NCBI GenBank assembly: GCA_047611645.1
Contig: JBLFXY010000001.1
Coordinates: 1 to 58,088, forward strand
Length of the DNA stretch: 58,088 bases
Direction of reading: 5' to 3'
DNA from: Glaciecola sp.
GTDB lineage: Bacteria; Planctomycetota; UBA1135; GCA-002686595
Below, piece after piece: positions 27,320 through 36,776 of the stretch. Both the position numbers and the translations under genes were made by a program. How positions within the stretch are numbered: position 1 is the stretch's first letter; each line of letters opens with the position of its first letter. The notes beneath the pieces were generated by a model. The model saw nothing but the letters and a program-made list of their open reading frames with translations, had not been told where the DNA came from and ran no database searches.

Positions 27320-28510
27320 TCAGCCCAACTCAGCACGCACGCCGGCAGCCAAAGCTGCGTAGTTCTCCACTCGGTTGTAGAGGTGCGCGGAGAGGCGAAT
27401 CAGCCGACTTGGCTTGCCCGGATAGTTGAACACGGGAATCTCAACCTTGTGGTTCTCCCATAGCGCCGTGTGCAGAGGATCCGGAATAAACGGACCCGTA
27501 ATGACATCGGGAGAGAGATCCGGCAGCGTCGCTGCCGCCAGGTTCCCTATCATCGAATCGGGTGCGGGAGCCGGAATATCCAAGGCCTCGCACAGTAAGT
27601 CGCGGCCATGCAGGGCCATGGCTCGATTCGTGGAATAAATTTCATTCCATCCGCCAGGCAAGAGTTGCCCCAGAGCGTCAATGGACTTTGCCAAGCACAG
27701 CATCGGTGTGGGGTCCACCGTTCCAGGCCAATCGAAGTCGGTCTGAATTTGCGTGTACCCTTCCCTTGGACTGTTTGCGCCGTGGCTGATGATCGCGGGC
27801 ACGATGCGGTCGCGTCGATCCTCGCGCACGTACAGCATGCCCACGGTCTTCGGGGCGCACAGCCACTTGTGGCCATTCGCCACGTAGTACGGAGCGTTGA
27901 GCTTGCGCAGATCGAGGGGCAGCATTCCAGGACCGTGTGCGCCATCCACGATCGTATCGATGCCCCGGGCCTCCATACCCTGCAGGATTCGCTCGATCGG
28001 AAAAATCAAACCGGTCGGGCTGGTCACGTGATCGATCAGGGCTAATTTCGTGCGGGGTGTTACCGCAGCCTCGATGGCTTCGACGACCTGGTCCTCCGAC
28101 TTTAACGGGAAGGGCACATCGGCAACCACCACCTTGGCCCCCCACCGATCGGCCACAAACTGCAATACGTTCTGACACGCGTTGTACCCATGGTTCGTGC
28201 AGAGAAGCTCGTCGCCGGGTTCGAACCGCATGGAGCGCAAGACCGCATTGATTCCCGCGGTGGCGTTGCTGGTAAACACGAGGCCAGCCGGATCCGCACC
28301 GACAAACTCCGCCACACGCTCGCGTGCCGCGTCAAAAAGAGGAGGCAAGGCGCGCAAAAGGAAATCAACCGGCTCGCGCTCTAAGCGATCGCGATAGTCC
28401 TGCTGAATCTCCTGAATTTCCGCCAAGACCGCGCCAAAGGAACCATGGTTCAGGAAGTGGACTTTAGGGTCTAAAGTCCAATTGGAGGCGATTGCTGAAT
28501 GATTCGGCAT
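27320..28510 (-). CDS. class V PLP-dependent aminotransferase-fold enzyme (isopenicillin-N-epimerase / cysteine-desulfurase-like)
   Basis: FLNHGSFGAV at the N-terminus, DGAHG, and ANGHKWLCAPKTVGMLYV carrying the PLP lysine. Confidence 0.75.
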   Translation of the reverse strand: MPNHSAIASNWTLDPKVHFLNHGSFGAVLAEIQEIQQDYRDRLEREPVDFLLRALPPLFDAARERVAEFVGADPAGLVFTSNATAGINAVLRSMRFEPGDELLCTNHGYNACQNVLQFVADRWGAKVVVADVPFPLKSEDQVVEAIEAAVTPRTKLALIDHVTSPTGLIFPIERILQGMEARGIDTIVDGAHGPGMLPLDLRKLNAPYYVANGHKWLCAPKTVGMLYVREDRRDRIVPAIISHGANSPREGYTQIQTDFDWPGTVDPTPMLCLAKSIDALGQLLPGGWNEIYSTNRAMALHGRDLLCEALDIPAPAPDSMIGNLAAATLPDLSPDVITGPFIPDPLHTALWENHKVEIPVFNYPGKPSRLIRLSAHLYNRVENYAALAAGVRAELG

Positions 28511-28521
28511 GAAAGTTAAGG

Positions 28522-29733
28522 CTAGTTCTTGGCCGGCATGTCATCCACGTCCACGGCATAAGATGAGAACCAATTGGTGCGGAAGAAATGCTCCAGGCGA
28601 TCGGCCATGCCATCCCCTGTCATCATGACTCCCACGTTACGGCTCTTGAAAAAGTAGCCCCGTTCCCAATTCGAGGTGCCCAACCAAGACTCCTTGTGGT
28701 CCGCGATGAGGTATTTGGCGTGGATTACACGGGCGAAAGGAATGTGTCCTCCAGTGTGTTCGGGAATCGTTACCAAGCGCAGTCCAATACCCTCCAACGC
28801 AGCCAAGTCGCGCAGACCTTCGATGACGCCCTTGCGATCGCACCAATCGGCGACCAGGATGCGCACTCGAACACCGCGCGCCGCCGCGCGAACCAAAGCA
28901 TCCTCCAGCTCTTCAAAGTGCTTGCCGTCGTAGCCGACTAAATCCAACGTCAACACTTGCAAGTAGAGCGTCTTCTCAGCCGCATCGATCATCGCTTTGA
29001 TCAATGGCAGGTCCCAAGTGCTCTCATCGGGCAACAATCCCGTAGGACTAAACGCAGGGCGCAAAGTCACCCAAAGGTCATGCTTGCCGCGCACTTGAGC
29101 GGGGTCCATGAGGCACTCGATGGCGAGGCTTTTCTCCGACGCAAGAACTACAGGCGGCTGCTTGCCCTGCGCCAATGCCCAATCGTGATCGAACACATCT
29201 AACAGTGCGCGCCCAAACTGCTCGCTATGAATGCGCAACCCCAACTCCTGAATGTGCTCCAAAGCCCTCCAATCGAAGTTTGCACTGCCCAGGTACGTGT
29301 CATTGCCATCGATCACCATGTACTTGGAATGCTGCACACCTCCCGTCAGCTCTATCATATTCCACAAAACCATGTCCACGTGGGGATCTTCGGTAAAGCG
29401 CTCGATCAGCTCGGGGTAGGTGGCTTGAAATTTCTCGCCGGCCAAAAATCGCACGCGCACACCGCGGGCCGCAGCATCCTCGATGGCATGAATAATCGGC
29501 GTCAACAGGTCACCTTCCCTAGCGTGTAGGTAAAAGTGGCACAGATCGATGCTCTCGCGCGCGCCTTCGATCATTTTTAGCCAGACCACCGAGGTCTCAG
29601 GAATCTCAGGAGATCCAAGCACCGTGCCAACGGGGGTTGTCTCCACCAAGGACACGGTGGCGGGGCCGATCGCTGCACAGGATGCCAGCGAACCCAAGAG
29701 GGAGACGGCCAACCATTGATTCAACTTCTTCAT
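28522..29733 (-). CDS. phospholipase D-family lipoprotein with two HKD motifs
   Basis: ATG 29733 gives MKKLNQWLAVSLLGSLASCAA (lipobox). The HKD motifs are HSKYMVIDGNDTYLGSANF and HAKYLIADHKESWLGTSNW. Confidence 0.8.
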   Translation of the reverse strand: MKKLNQWLAVSLLGSLASCAAIGPATVSLVETTPVGTVLGSPEIPETSVVWLKMIEGARESIDLCHFYLHAREGDLLTPIIHAIEDAAARGVRVRFLAGEKFQATYPELIERFTEDPHVDMVLWNMIELTGGVQHSKYMVIDGNDTYLGSANFDWRALEHIQELGLRIHSEQFGRALLDVFDHDWALAQGKQPPVVLASEKSLAIECLMDPAQVRGKHDLWVTLRPAFSPTGLLPDESTWDLPLIKAMIDAAEKTLYLQVLTLDLVGYDGKHFEELEDALVRAAARGVRVRILVADWCDRKGVIEGLRDLAALEGIGLRLVTIPEHTGGHIPFARVIHAKYLIADHKESWLGTSNWERGYFFKSRNVGVMMTGDGMADRLEHFFRTNWFSSYAVDVDDMPAKN

Positions 29734-29832
29734 AGGCGTGGCCCGGGGCCCGGCACTTCGCCGGCCATGGGCGAGGCCCAATGTACCGAACCCTGACCCG
29801 CAGTCCACCCGCGGACCTGCCCAATGGCGACT

Positions 29833-30194
29833 CTATTTGGTCTTATTCTCCGGATTCTTAAGGCCGTTCGAACTCGATACAACACCTTCTAAGTCCACCA
29901 GCATGGCTTCGACCCGGGGCAGGGCTTCGATAATTTTTAGGCCCTCGACCGGACCCAAAACCACCATGGCTGTCGCGAGAGCATCGGCGAGGGCCGCGTC
30001 GGGGGCCAACACAGTGGCGGTGATACAACCCGTCGCCGGTCGGCCCGTGCGCGGATCCAAAATGTGGTGGTAGCGTTTGCCTCACCACAAAGATGCGCTC
30101 GTAGTCGCCGGAGGTCACCAAACAGATGCTCGCAAGGGGAATGACCGCAATGGGTTTGTGGTGGAAAAGAGATTCGCAACCCCTTCAGAAATCG
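29833..30194 (-). pseudogene. apbE: ApbE (FAD:protein FMN transferase) C-terminal remnant with a frameshift
   Basis: ESLFHHKPIAVIPLASICLVTSGDYERIFVV, then a frameshift near 30070, then [52 protein letters not shown]... Only about 115 of the expected ~300 or more codons are present, with an in-frame stop upstream at 30195-30197. Confidence 0.7.
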
Positions 30195-30211
30195 ATCCAA
30201 AGAACGCCCCC

Positions 30212-30784
30212 CTACAACCGCAAAAAGTGTCGTAGAGGGGGCGTTAGTAGGCGTGTCCAACTCCAGTGGAAGGGCTCTAAGGATTTCGGCAGGCTATGCC
30301 CCCGGTTAACGACCTCGCGCTGTGCATTCGGAAACACCACACTGGGTGTTCCTTTCACGTCGAACAGGCGCGTCAACGACAGATCGCGATCTTGAACCTG
30401 CGGGTAGGTCAATCCAAGGCTAGAAATGAACTTGCCAAGTTTAAATTTTTTCGTGCTTTTGTCAGGTCCGGAAACTACGCCAGCAATGTTCAAGCGGTCC
30501 GCAAGCTTGTGATGTGCCTTTTGCACCATAGCTGCCTCAGCCACTCAGCCAGCTCACCAAAAGACGAGCAGCATTGGCTTGTTCGCGCTCAGGGCTGTTT
30601 GCGCACCCACGTCGCTGGGCTGCCCCGAAGCCGCGGGGGTTTCGATATCGGCCGAATTCGAAAGCGATGGGCCAAGACGGAGAAATTCGTCATTTCGTAG
30701 CAGATCAATGCCCCGGCGTTGGCCCGAAAACCGCACTCGAATCTTCGACCCTTTCAACGCGGCCATGATCGACCCGGAGTCCAC
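30212..30784 (-). CDS. thioredoxin-fold (TlpA/Prx-like) protein with TGA codons at both positions of the CxxC motif; candidate UxxU selenoprotein
   Basis: ORFs 30554..30784 and 30212..30544 share one frame: ...ANKPMLLVFW-TGA(30554-30556)-A-G-TGA(30545-30547)-VAEAAMVQKAHHKLADRLNIAGVVSGPD...LTYPQVQDRD...FDVKGTPSVVF... Possible starts are GTG 30784 or ATG 30766. Confidence 0.6.
30501..30535 (-). promoter_or_regulatory. SECIS-like stem-loop 9 nt downstream of the second UGA
   Basis: The mRNA is GCAGCUAUGGUGCAAAAGGCACAUCACAAGCUUGC. The lower stem is GCAGCU/AGCU(U)GC with a bulged U. The upper stem is AU-(G)-GUGC/GCAC-AU. The apical loop is AAAAG. Confidence 0.4.
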
Positions 30785-31067
30785 TCTGGATTTGGTTTTG
30801 GTTTGTCCTTTCCAGGGAAGCTGTCACCGCTCAACGTGGAAAACTGACCGTAGCGAATTCTGAGCTCGGTGGCGCCCGCTTTGAAGCTCGCATGCCAAAT
30901 CTCGCCAAGTACCTGCCACTGGAAGGGTAAGACTTGATGTATCTTCCCTGTCCTGCTGAGCGTTAGAGATCTGCCCCCCCCAGGTTCCATGTACACTCTG
31001 CCCCACTGACAAACCGTCAATTGGACCACTTTGCCCTGTCTTTAGCCGCCTAAGCCTACCCATTAGA

Positions 31068-32708
31068 TTGCACTCCTTAGCTCCCCTTGCGCCCGCACTT
31101 CTGATGCTTGCTAGCGCCTGCAAATCTCCCGCTGAATACTCCAAAGACGCGGACGATGACACTTACGCCCTCATCACCGAACGGCGTGCTGCGCTATTCG
31201 AAACTGACGACCCCTTTCAACTAGGCGCGGCCGCAAGTGGTGTCCGAGCGCGGGCCATCAGCGGCGAACTGACCCAACTGGGCCCGCTGAGCATCCTCGA
31301 CTGCATGGTCATCGCTTCCGAATCCAATACGAGCTTCTTGGAGCAAAAGGAGTCCTTGTACTTTTCGGCTCTGAACTTGACCCAAGAGCGCTGGCGCTTT
31401 GGTGTGCGATCCGAGACCTCCGGCGGTGCGTCCATCTCTGGTGTCGGCACCAACAGCGCTACCGCGACGACCAGCGGCGATTTCACCCTTTCCAAGATTC
31501 TGGGCAGTGGAGCCGACGTTGTCTTGGGTATTGGATCTAGCCTCTTTCGATTCGTCTCCACCGGGGACGGTTGGGACGCGGTGACCGACCTTTCCTTGAG
31601 CATTTCTCAGCCCCTCCTGCGCGCTGCTGGAGCCAAGATCACCATGGAGTCGCTCACTCAATCGGAACGGTCCTTGGTTTACCAGGTACGAAGCTACGAG
31701 CGCTTTCGCCGTACTTTTTCCGTGTCGGTCGCTCGCCGTGTCTATGGCGTCTTGCAGGCCATCGACCAATTAAAGAACCAGGAATTGAACCTAGAGAACC
31801 TGCGGACCCTGCGCGTACGCAACGAGCGCCTGGCCGAAGCGGGGCAGCTCTCCGACATTCAAGCCGACCAAGCTCGCCAGGAAGAGTTGCGCTCCACGAA
31901 CCGGCTGGTCGAATTGCGCGGCGACTTCGAACGCCAGCTCGATGACTTCAAGCTGTTCCTTGGATTGCCGCCCGACCTAGAAATAGAACTGGACGATGTA
32001 GAGCTTCAACGCCTGACAGACATCGCTCCCCTGCTGGACGCGCTGACCGAAAAAGTGGCCCTGGACCTAGCCCTCACGGGTCGACTGGACGTGCAAACAT
32101 CGAGCAACCGACTCGAAGACGCCCGCCGTGGATTGGAGATTGCCGCCGACGCGCTGCGCCCGGGATTGGGGCTTGCCGTAAATGCAAGCTCTGGATCGAA
32201 GGAGGGGCAGCCCTTGCGCCACAACTTCCAGGACACCTCCTGGAGCGCGGGCCTTACCTTGGATCCGGCCTGGGATAACCTGCCGGAGCGCAACACCTAC
32301 CGCCGAGCTGAAATCGGAAGGAACGTTGCGATTCGCACCTTCGATCGCTTCCTCGACCAAGTCAACTTGGACGTGCGGGAGGCTCTACGGCGCACTCGCA
32401 ATGCCCGCGAGCGCTACTCCATCCAAAAGGGCGCGCTGGAACTATCCAAGCGCCGCGTGCGCAGTGCTGACCTTTCGCTTCAAGCCGGACGGTCGAGTAC
32501 GCGTGACCTGCTCGAAGCCCGCGAGGCGCTCCTAGGAGCGAGCAATTCAGCCACATCCTCTTTGATTGACTTCACCTTGGCTCGCTTGGACCTGCAACTC
32601 ACGCTCGAACTTTTACGCGTGGATAATACCGGTATCCAGCTACAAGAAGTCCTCCCCCAGATCACCACCCCTTCCCAGGATCCCACCGATGGCCAAGAGC
32701 AACAATAG
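31068..32708 (+). CDS. TolC-like outer-membrane efflux protein (OEP family), lipoprotein-type N-terminus
   Basis: LMLASAC lipobox, two long coiled-coil/beta repeats, and the characteristic helical heptads (LRSTNRLVELRGDFERQLDDFKLFLGLP). It is the first gene of the efflux operon. The start is TTG. Confidence 0.75.
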   Translation: MHSLAPLAPALLMLASACKSPAEYSKDADDDTYALITERRAALFETDDPFQLGAAASGVRARAISGELTQLGPLSILDCMVIASESNTSFLEQKESLYFSALNLTQERWRFGVRSETSGGASISGVGTNSATATTSGDFTLSKILGSGADVVLGIGSSLFRFVSTGDGWDAVTDLSLSISQPLLRAAGAKITMESLTQSERSLVYQVRSYERFRRTFSVSVARRVYGVLQAIDQLKNQELNLENLRTLRVRNERLAEAGQLSDIQADQARQEELRSTNRLVELRGDFERQLDDFKLFLGLPPDLEIELDDVELQRLTDIAPLLDALTEKVALDLALTGRLDVQTSSNRLEDARRGLEIAADALRPGLGLAVNASSGSKEGQPLRHNFQDTSWSAGLTLDPAWDNLPERNTYRRAEIGRNVAIRTFDRFLDQVNLDVREALRRTRNARERYSIQKGALELSKRRVRSADLSLQAGRSSTRDLLEAREALLGASNSATSSLIDFTLARLDLQLTLELLRVDNTGIQLQEVLPQITTPSQDPTDGQEQQ

Positions 32709-34314
32709 GGTTGTCCCCCTCCTAATTCTCGTATCCCTAATCGCCGGCTCTGTCTACGCTGCGATGCACTTCAATTTAGCATCCAAGCTGTTTACAGCCG
32801 ACACGGTCGAGGGTGTGCAGGGTGCACCTGTGCGCCGGGGCAACCTGAATATTAGCGAAGTCGTGCGGGGCAACCTCATGGCTAGCGATTCCATCCAGCT
32901 CAAGGTTGAGATTGAGGGCGGCACCAAAATCACATTTCTCGCCGAAGAAGGCGTGGCCTTGAAGAAAGGTGACGTCATCGCCGAATTCGACACCTCTAAG
33001 TTTGAAGAGAACTTGGTGAAACAGGAAATTGCGGTCAACAACTCGGAGGCCGCGGTGGTCAAGGCTGAAGAGCAGCTCGACATTCAGGCCATTCAAAATC
33101 AAAGTGATTTGGCCGCAGCCGAATTAGCCCTGGAGCTCTCCGAACTGGACCTGGAAAAGTACACCATCGACGGGGGCGAATGGACCAACGAACTCGCAGC
33201 AGCTGAAGAGTCCATAGTTCTGAAGGAAGAGGAACTCATCCGTGCCCGCCAAAAACTCGAATGGACCAAGAAGCTCTACGATGAAGGCTTTGTTCAGAGG
33301 GATGCATTTGAGGGCGATGAATTTGCTGTTCAGGGCAAGGTCATCGGAGTAGACCAGGCCAATCGCGACCTGCAACTGAAGAAGACCTATGGACACCGAC
33401 GCCGCAAGGCCGAACTGAACTCCAGTGTGGGTACCAAGACCCGGAACGTGGATAAAGTCACCAAACAAGCTCGCTCACGCATTGCGGACCTCGAAGCCTC
33501 TAGGGACTCGGCTCGCTATCGGCTGGACCGCGAAATCAAGGAACTCGGTCGCCTTCAGGGTCAAATTTCCCAAGGCACGTTGCTGTCACCCGTAGCCGGT
33601 TTGCTGGTTTTGAACAGGGGCCGTTGGGGCGAAGCGATCAAGGAAGGAGACGACGCATATGGCGGCTCCAAGATCGGTACCATCCCCAAATCTGATTCGC
33701 TGGTGGTCGCCGCCGGCATCCACGAAACGAAACTCAAAAAAATTCGGCAGGGTATGCGCTGCAATGTGACCACGGATGCTTTCCCCGGTGTCACCGTTGC
33801 AGGCACGGTCGAATTCGTGGCCACGATGGCTTCAGAAAACAACTGGCGGCGTGGAGGCAACGAACGCTCCTACCACGCTACCATCAAGTTGGACTCTACC
33901 CCCGAGGGCTTCCGGCCTGGTATGTCTTGCAACGCCGAGGTGCTGATCGAGGACCTCACCGACGTACTGTATGTTCCGCGCCAATGCGTCCTGTTCGACG
34001 ATGGGAAAACGATTGTGTTTGTTCAAGGCGACTCCAATTCCGATATCCGCAAAGTCGATGTGGGTCTTGAGAACAACAATTGGGTTCAAATCAAGTCCGG
34101 GCTCAAGGAAGGCGAACTCTTGCTGTTGGCTCCGCCGGCCACCTTTAAGCCGACCGTTTCAACACCGACCAGCGGTGCTCCTGCCGCAGCTCCTGCCGCA
34201 GCGGGAACAACTAAGGGAGGATCCAAGCCGAAGTCCGCTGGTGGCCGGCCGGCAGCTGGCTCCAAATCAAATTCCACACGTGGTACATCGAGGAAGGGCG
34301 GTGCCTCCCAGTGA
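32689..34314 (+). CDS. HlyD/MacA-type periplasmic adaptor (membrane fusion protein)
   Basis: ATG 32689 gives MAKSNNRVVPLLILVSLIAG (TM anchor). It continues with a barrel-sandwich/lipoyl motif, long coiled-coil hairpins, a C-terminal beta-barrel and a G/A/P/K-rich tail. It overlaps the tolC-like stop. Confidence 0.8.
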   Translation: MAKSNNRVVPLLILVSLIAGSVYAAMHFNLASKLFTADTVEGVQGAPVRRGNLNISEVVRGNLMASDSIQLKVEIEGGTKITFLAEEGVALKKGDVIAEFDTSKFEENLVKQEIAVNNSEAAVVKAEEQLDIQAIQNQSDLAAAELALELSELDLEKYTIDGGEWTNELAAAEESIVLKEEELIRARQKLEWTKKLYDEGFVQRDAFEGDEFAVQGKVIGVDQANRDLQLKKTYGHRRRKAELNSSVGTKTRNVDKVTKQARSRIADLEASRDSARYRLDREIKELGRLQGQISQGTLLSPVAGLLVLNRGRWGEAIKEGDDAYGGSKIGTIPKSDSLVVAAGIHETKLKKIRQGMRCNVTTDAFPGVTVAGTVEFVATMASENNWRRGGNERSYHATIKLDSTPEGFRPGMSCNAEVLIEDLTDVLYVPRQCVLFDDGKTIVFVQGDSNSDIRKVDVGLENNNWVQIKSGLKEGELLLLAPPATFKPTVSTPTSGAPAAAPAAAGTTKGGSKPKSAGGRPAAGSKSNSTRGTSRKGGASQ

Positions 34315-35042
34315 GCGATTCCGAAAAACAGGTCGTTGCGCAACTCCTAAACATTACGCGCAGCTACGTAATGGGCGGAGAAACGGTCCATGCTCTCAAG
34401 GACTTCTCCTTTGACTTTCGGCAGGGTGAGTACTGGGCAATCATGGGAGCGTCTGGCAGCGGTAAGTCCACCCTGCTCAACCTACTTTCGTGCATCGATC
34501 GCCCCACCACGGGCTCCTATCAAATCCGCGGTCGTGAGGTCTCGAACCTGAGCGACAACGAGATCTCAGCGCTTCGAGGACGTGAGTTGGGATTCATCTT
34601 TCAGTCTTACAACCTCATCCCCCAGTTGGATGTGATCGACAACATCCTGGTGCCTGTCATCTACCAGGACGACCCCATTCCCAACGCCCGGGAGCGCGCC
34701 ATTGAACTCGCGGAGCGCGTGGGTCTCAAGGGCCGCCTGCACCACCGACCCAACCAACTCTCGGGTGGCCAACAACAGCGTGTGGCAATCGCACGCTCGC
34801 TGATCAATGACCCCGCCATGATTTTGGCGGACGAAGCCACGGGAAACTTGGACTCCGCCACAGCTCAAGAAATCCTGGCTCTATTCGACGAGTTGCATGC
34901 TAGCGGCAAGACCATTCTGCTCGTCACCCACGAACAGGAGGTCGGCAACCGCGCTGAGCACATCTTGCGCCTAAAGGACGGCAGTATCCTCTCCGTCGAC
35001 AGTGAAACCAACCGCCAAGCCACCGGAGAAGCGGCCCAATGA
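34311..35042 (+). CDS. ABC transporter ATP-binding protein (MacB/LolD-type)
   Basis: Walker [10 protein letters not shown], signature [15 protein letters not shown] and Walker [12 protein letters not shown]. The GTGA start overlaps the preceding stop. Confidence 0.9.
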   Translation: MSDSEKQVVAQLLNITRSYVMGGETVHALKDFSFDFRQGEYWAIMGASGSGKSTLLNLLSCIDRPTTGSYQIRGREVSNLSDNEISALRGRELGFIFQSYNLIPQLDVIDNILVPVIYQDDPIPNARERAIELAERVGLKGRLHHRPNQLSGGQQQRVAIARSLINDPAMILADEATGNLDSATAQEILALFDELHASGKTILLVTHEQEVGNRAEHILRLKDGSILSVDSETNRQATGEAAQ

Positions 35043-36304
35043 AGTCCCTATGGAGCACAGTCCAGCTTGGAATTTCGAGCCTCTTGCTGCACAAGCTGCG
35101 CAGCTTCCTGACCACCCTTGGTGTGCTCTTTGGAGTGGCGAGCGTGGTGGCCATGCTGGCTGTCGGTGAAGGTGCTAGCGAAAAAGCGCAGGACCAAATT
35201 CGGCAACTCGGTAGCCGTAACGTCATCCTGCGCAGCATCAAACCGGAACAGCAGGCCGTAAGTGATGAAAAGACTCGTGTCCTTTCCTACGGACTGACTC
35301 GCGGCGACTTTGAACGTGTATCCACCACTTTTCCCGGCGTGATTCGAACCGTTCCGGTTCTGGCGGCGGCTCAAGAAGTGCGCGTTGGTGCAAAATCATG
35401 CCGCCCCAAGGTCCTTTGCACCACGCCCGAGTTCCAGGATGTGGTCGGTCGTCTGATGTCCGCGGGACGCTTCATCTTGCCGCAGGACGAAGAAGAACTG
35501 TCTCTGGTTTGCGTGCTCGGCTACGACGTATCGCGCTTTCTCTTCCCCTTTGAAGATGCGCTAGGCCAGCGTATACGCATCGGCTCCCACTACTTCGAGG
35601 TGGTTGGCGTTCTCGTGCCTCGAGGCCCCCTCGGCGAAAGCCTCGCAAACCCCTCGTCTGAATCCGGTGGCGAAATTTTTGTGCCCCTGGCCACCGGCCG
35701 CAGCTACTTCGGAGAACGCCAAACCACGATCCGTTCGGGCTCGCGGGACATTCAAGAAGTGCAGCTGCACGAAATCATTGCCGAGGTCGGCACCGATGAA
35801 GACGTGGCCTTCGTGGCCGCCGCTTCCCGTGCCATGCTCGTGCGGGAGCATGAGGACAAGGACTACGAGGTCGTCGTCCCGCTTGAGCTCTTAATGCGCG
35901 CTAGGGAAACCCAGCGCATCTTCTCCATTGTGCTCGCCAGCATCGCAGGCATCTCTCTTCTAGTTGGAGGCATCGGCATCATGAACGTGATGCTTGCCAC
36001 CGTCACCGAGCGTACCCGCGAAATTGGTATTCGGCGCGCCCTCGGCGCGCGTCGCCGCCACATCGTTGTGCAGTTCCTGGTCGAGACCACCGTGCTCTCC
36101 GGATGCGGCGGCGCTGCCGGTGTTGCCATCGGCCTGCTGATTCCCTGGATCATTGAACGCACCGCGGACTTGGAAACCCAAGTCTCCCCGATCTCCGCCA
36201 TTCTAGCCTTCGGAATCTCGGTCGGAATCGGCGTCATCTTCGGGCTCTACCCCGCTTGGCGCGCCGCCCATATGGACCCGGTAGACGCTCTGCGACACGA
36301 GTAA
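35039..36304 (+). CDS. ABC transporter permease (MacB_PCD plus FtsX domains)
   Basis: N-terminal TM, a large periplasmic domain, then FtsX-type helices and ERTREIGIRRALGARRRHI. The ATGA start overlaps the preceding stop. Confidence 0.85.
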   Translation: MKSLWSTVQLGISSLLLHKLRSFLTTLGVLFGVASVVAMLAVGEGASEKAQDQIRQLGSRNVILRSIKPEQQAVSDEKTRVLSYGLTRGDFERVSTTFPGVIRTVPVLAAAQEVRVGAKSCRPKVLCTTPEFQDVVGRLMSAGRFILPQDEEELSLVCVLGYDVSRFLFPFEDALGQRIRIGSHYFEVVGVLVPRGPLGESLANPSSESGGEIFVPLATGRSYFGERQTTIRSGSRDIQEVQLHEIIAEVGTDEDVAFVAAASRAMLVREHEDKDYEVVVPLELLMRARETQRIFSIVLASIAGISLLVGGIGIMNVMLATVTERTREIGIRRALGARRRHIVVQFLVETTVLSGCGGAAGVAIGLLIPWIIERTADLETQVSPISAILAFGISVGIGVIFGLYPAWRAAHMDPVDALRHE

Positions 36305-36776
36305 CGCGCCTCAGAATGGAGGTAGCCGTTGGGATTCAAACAGGCTGTGAGAGATCACCCTATTGGGAAATCGCCCCGTGCTTGCCCTTAGTTTTGTTGT
36401 CGACTCCGTAACCGCAACCACCCCCATCGAAGGGGTGGTGCGGACTGGCGAGTACGTCATTCCGGGCGGATTCTGACCGTCGATTGGTAGGGACGTTGGG
36501 GCCTGAACGCAAAGGCCCAATCCTTGGGAACGTGGGCCTAAAGAAGACTCCTGGAATGTGGTAGATACGGGCCCTGAACCCGTCCGTCAAACCCTGCCCC
36601 CAGCCAATCGGGCTGTGGAGTGGGTTGTTTCCACAAATTGGAGTGTTGGGATAAAATTTTGACCGCTTGGGGATGTGTGATGGGTAGGCTGCCTAGAACC
36701 AATCTTGGGCCCAAATAGCTATAGGAAGCTTGTTCGTCGAACCTCGCCTGCTAAGTCAAAGGGCGACTGTCTTGTT

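Noticed and set aside
27320-28510. Class V aminotransferase as a selenocysteine lyase linked functionally to the UxxU gene
   Set aside because: The N-terminal LNHGSFG-type signature points to the isopenicillin-N-epimerase-like subgroup. The link would rest on proximity alone, across a PLD gene and a pseudogene, which is too speculative.
28522-29733. PLD-family protein as a defence nuclease
   Set aside because: The lipoprotein signal and the duplicated HKD architecture fit an exported phospholipase or cardiolipin-synthase-like enzyme. No partner defence genes are nearby.
30545-30556. Genome-wide reassignment of TGA (code 4 or 25) as the explanation for the in-frame TGAs
   Set aside because: Many well-defined genes in the window terminate at TGA with proper downstream gene starts. 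Examples are macA-like at 34312-34314, mltA at 37956-37958 and OPT at 26613-26615. TGA is therefore a normal stop here, and only site-specific recoding or mutation fits.
36305-36776. Cyclic-di-AMP (ydaO-type) or other known riboswitch upstream of the cell-wall hydrolase gene mltA
   Set aside because: I could not find the conserved GGGGACCCA / GGGGUGAAUCC-type blocks or any other riboswitch core I know. It is kept only as an unexplained long spacer.
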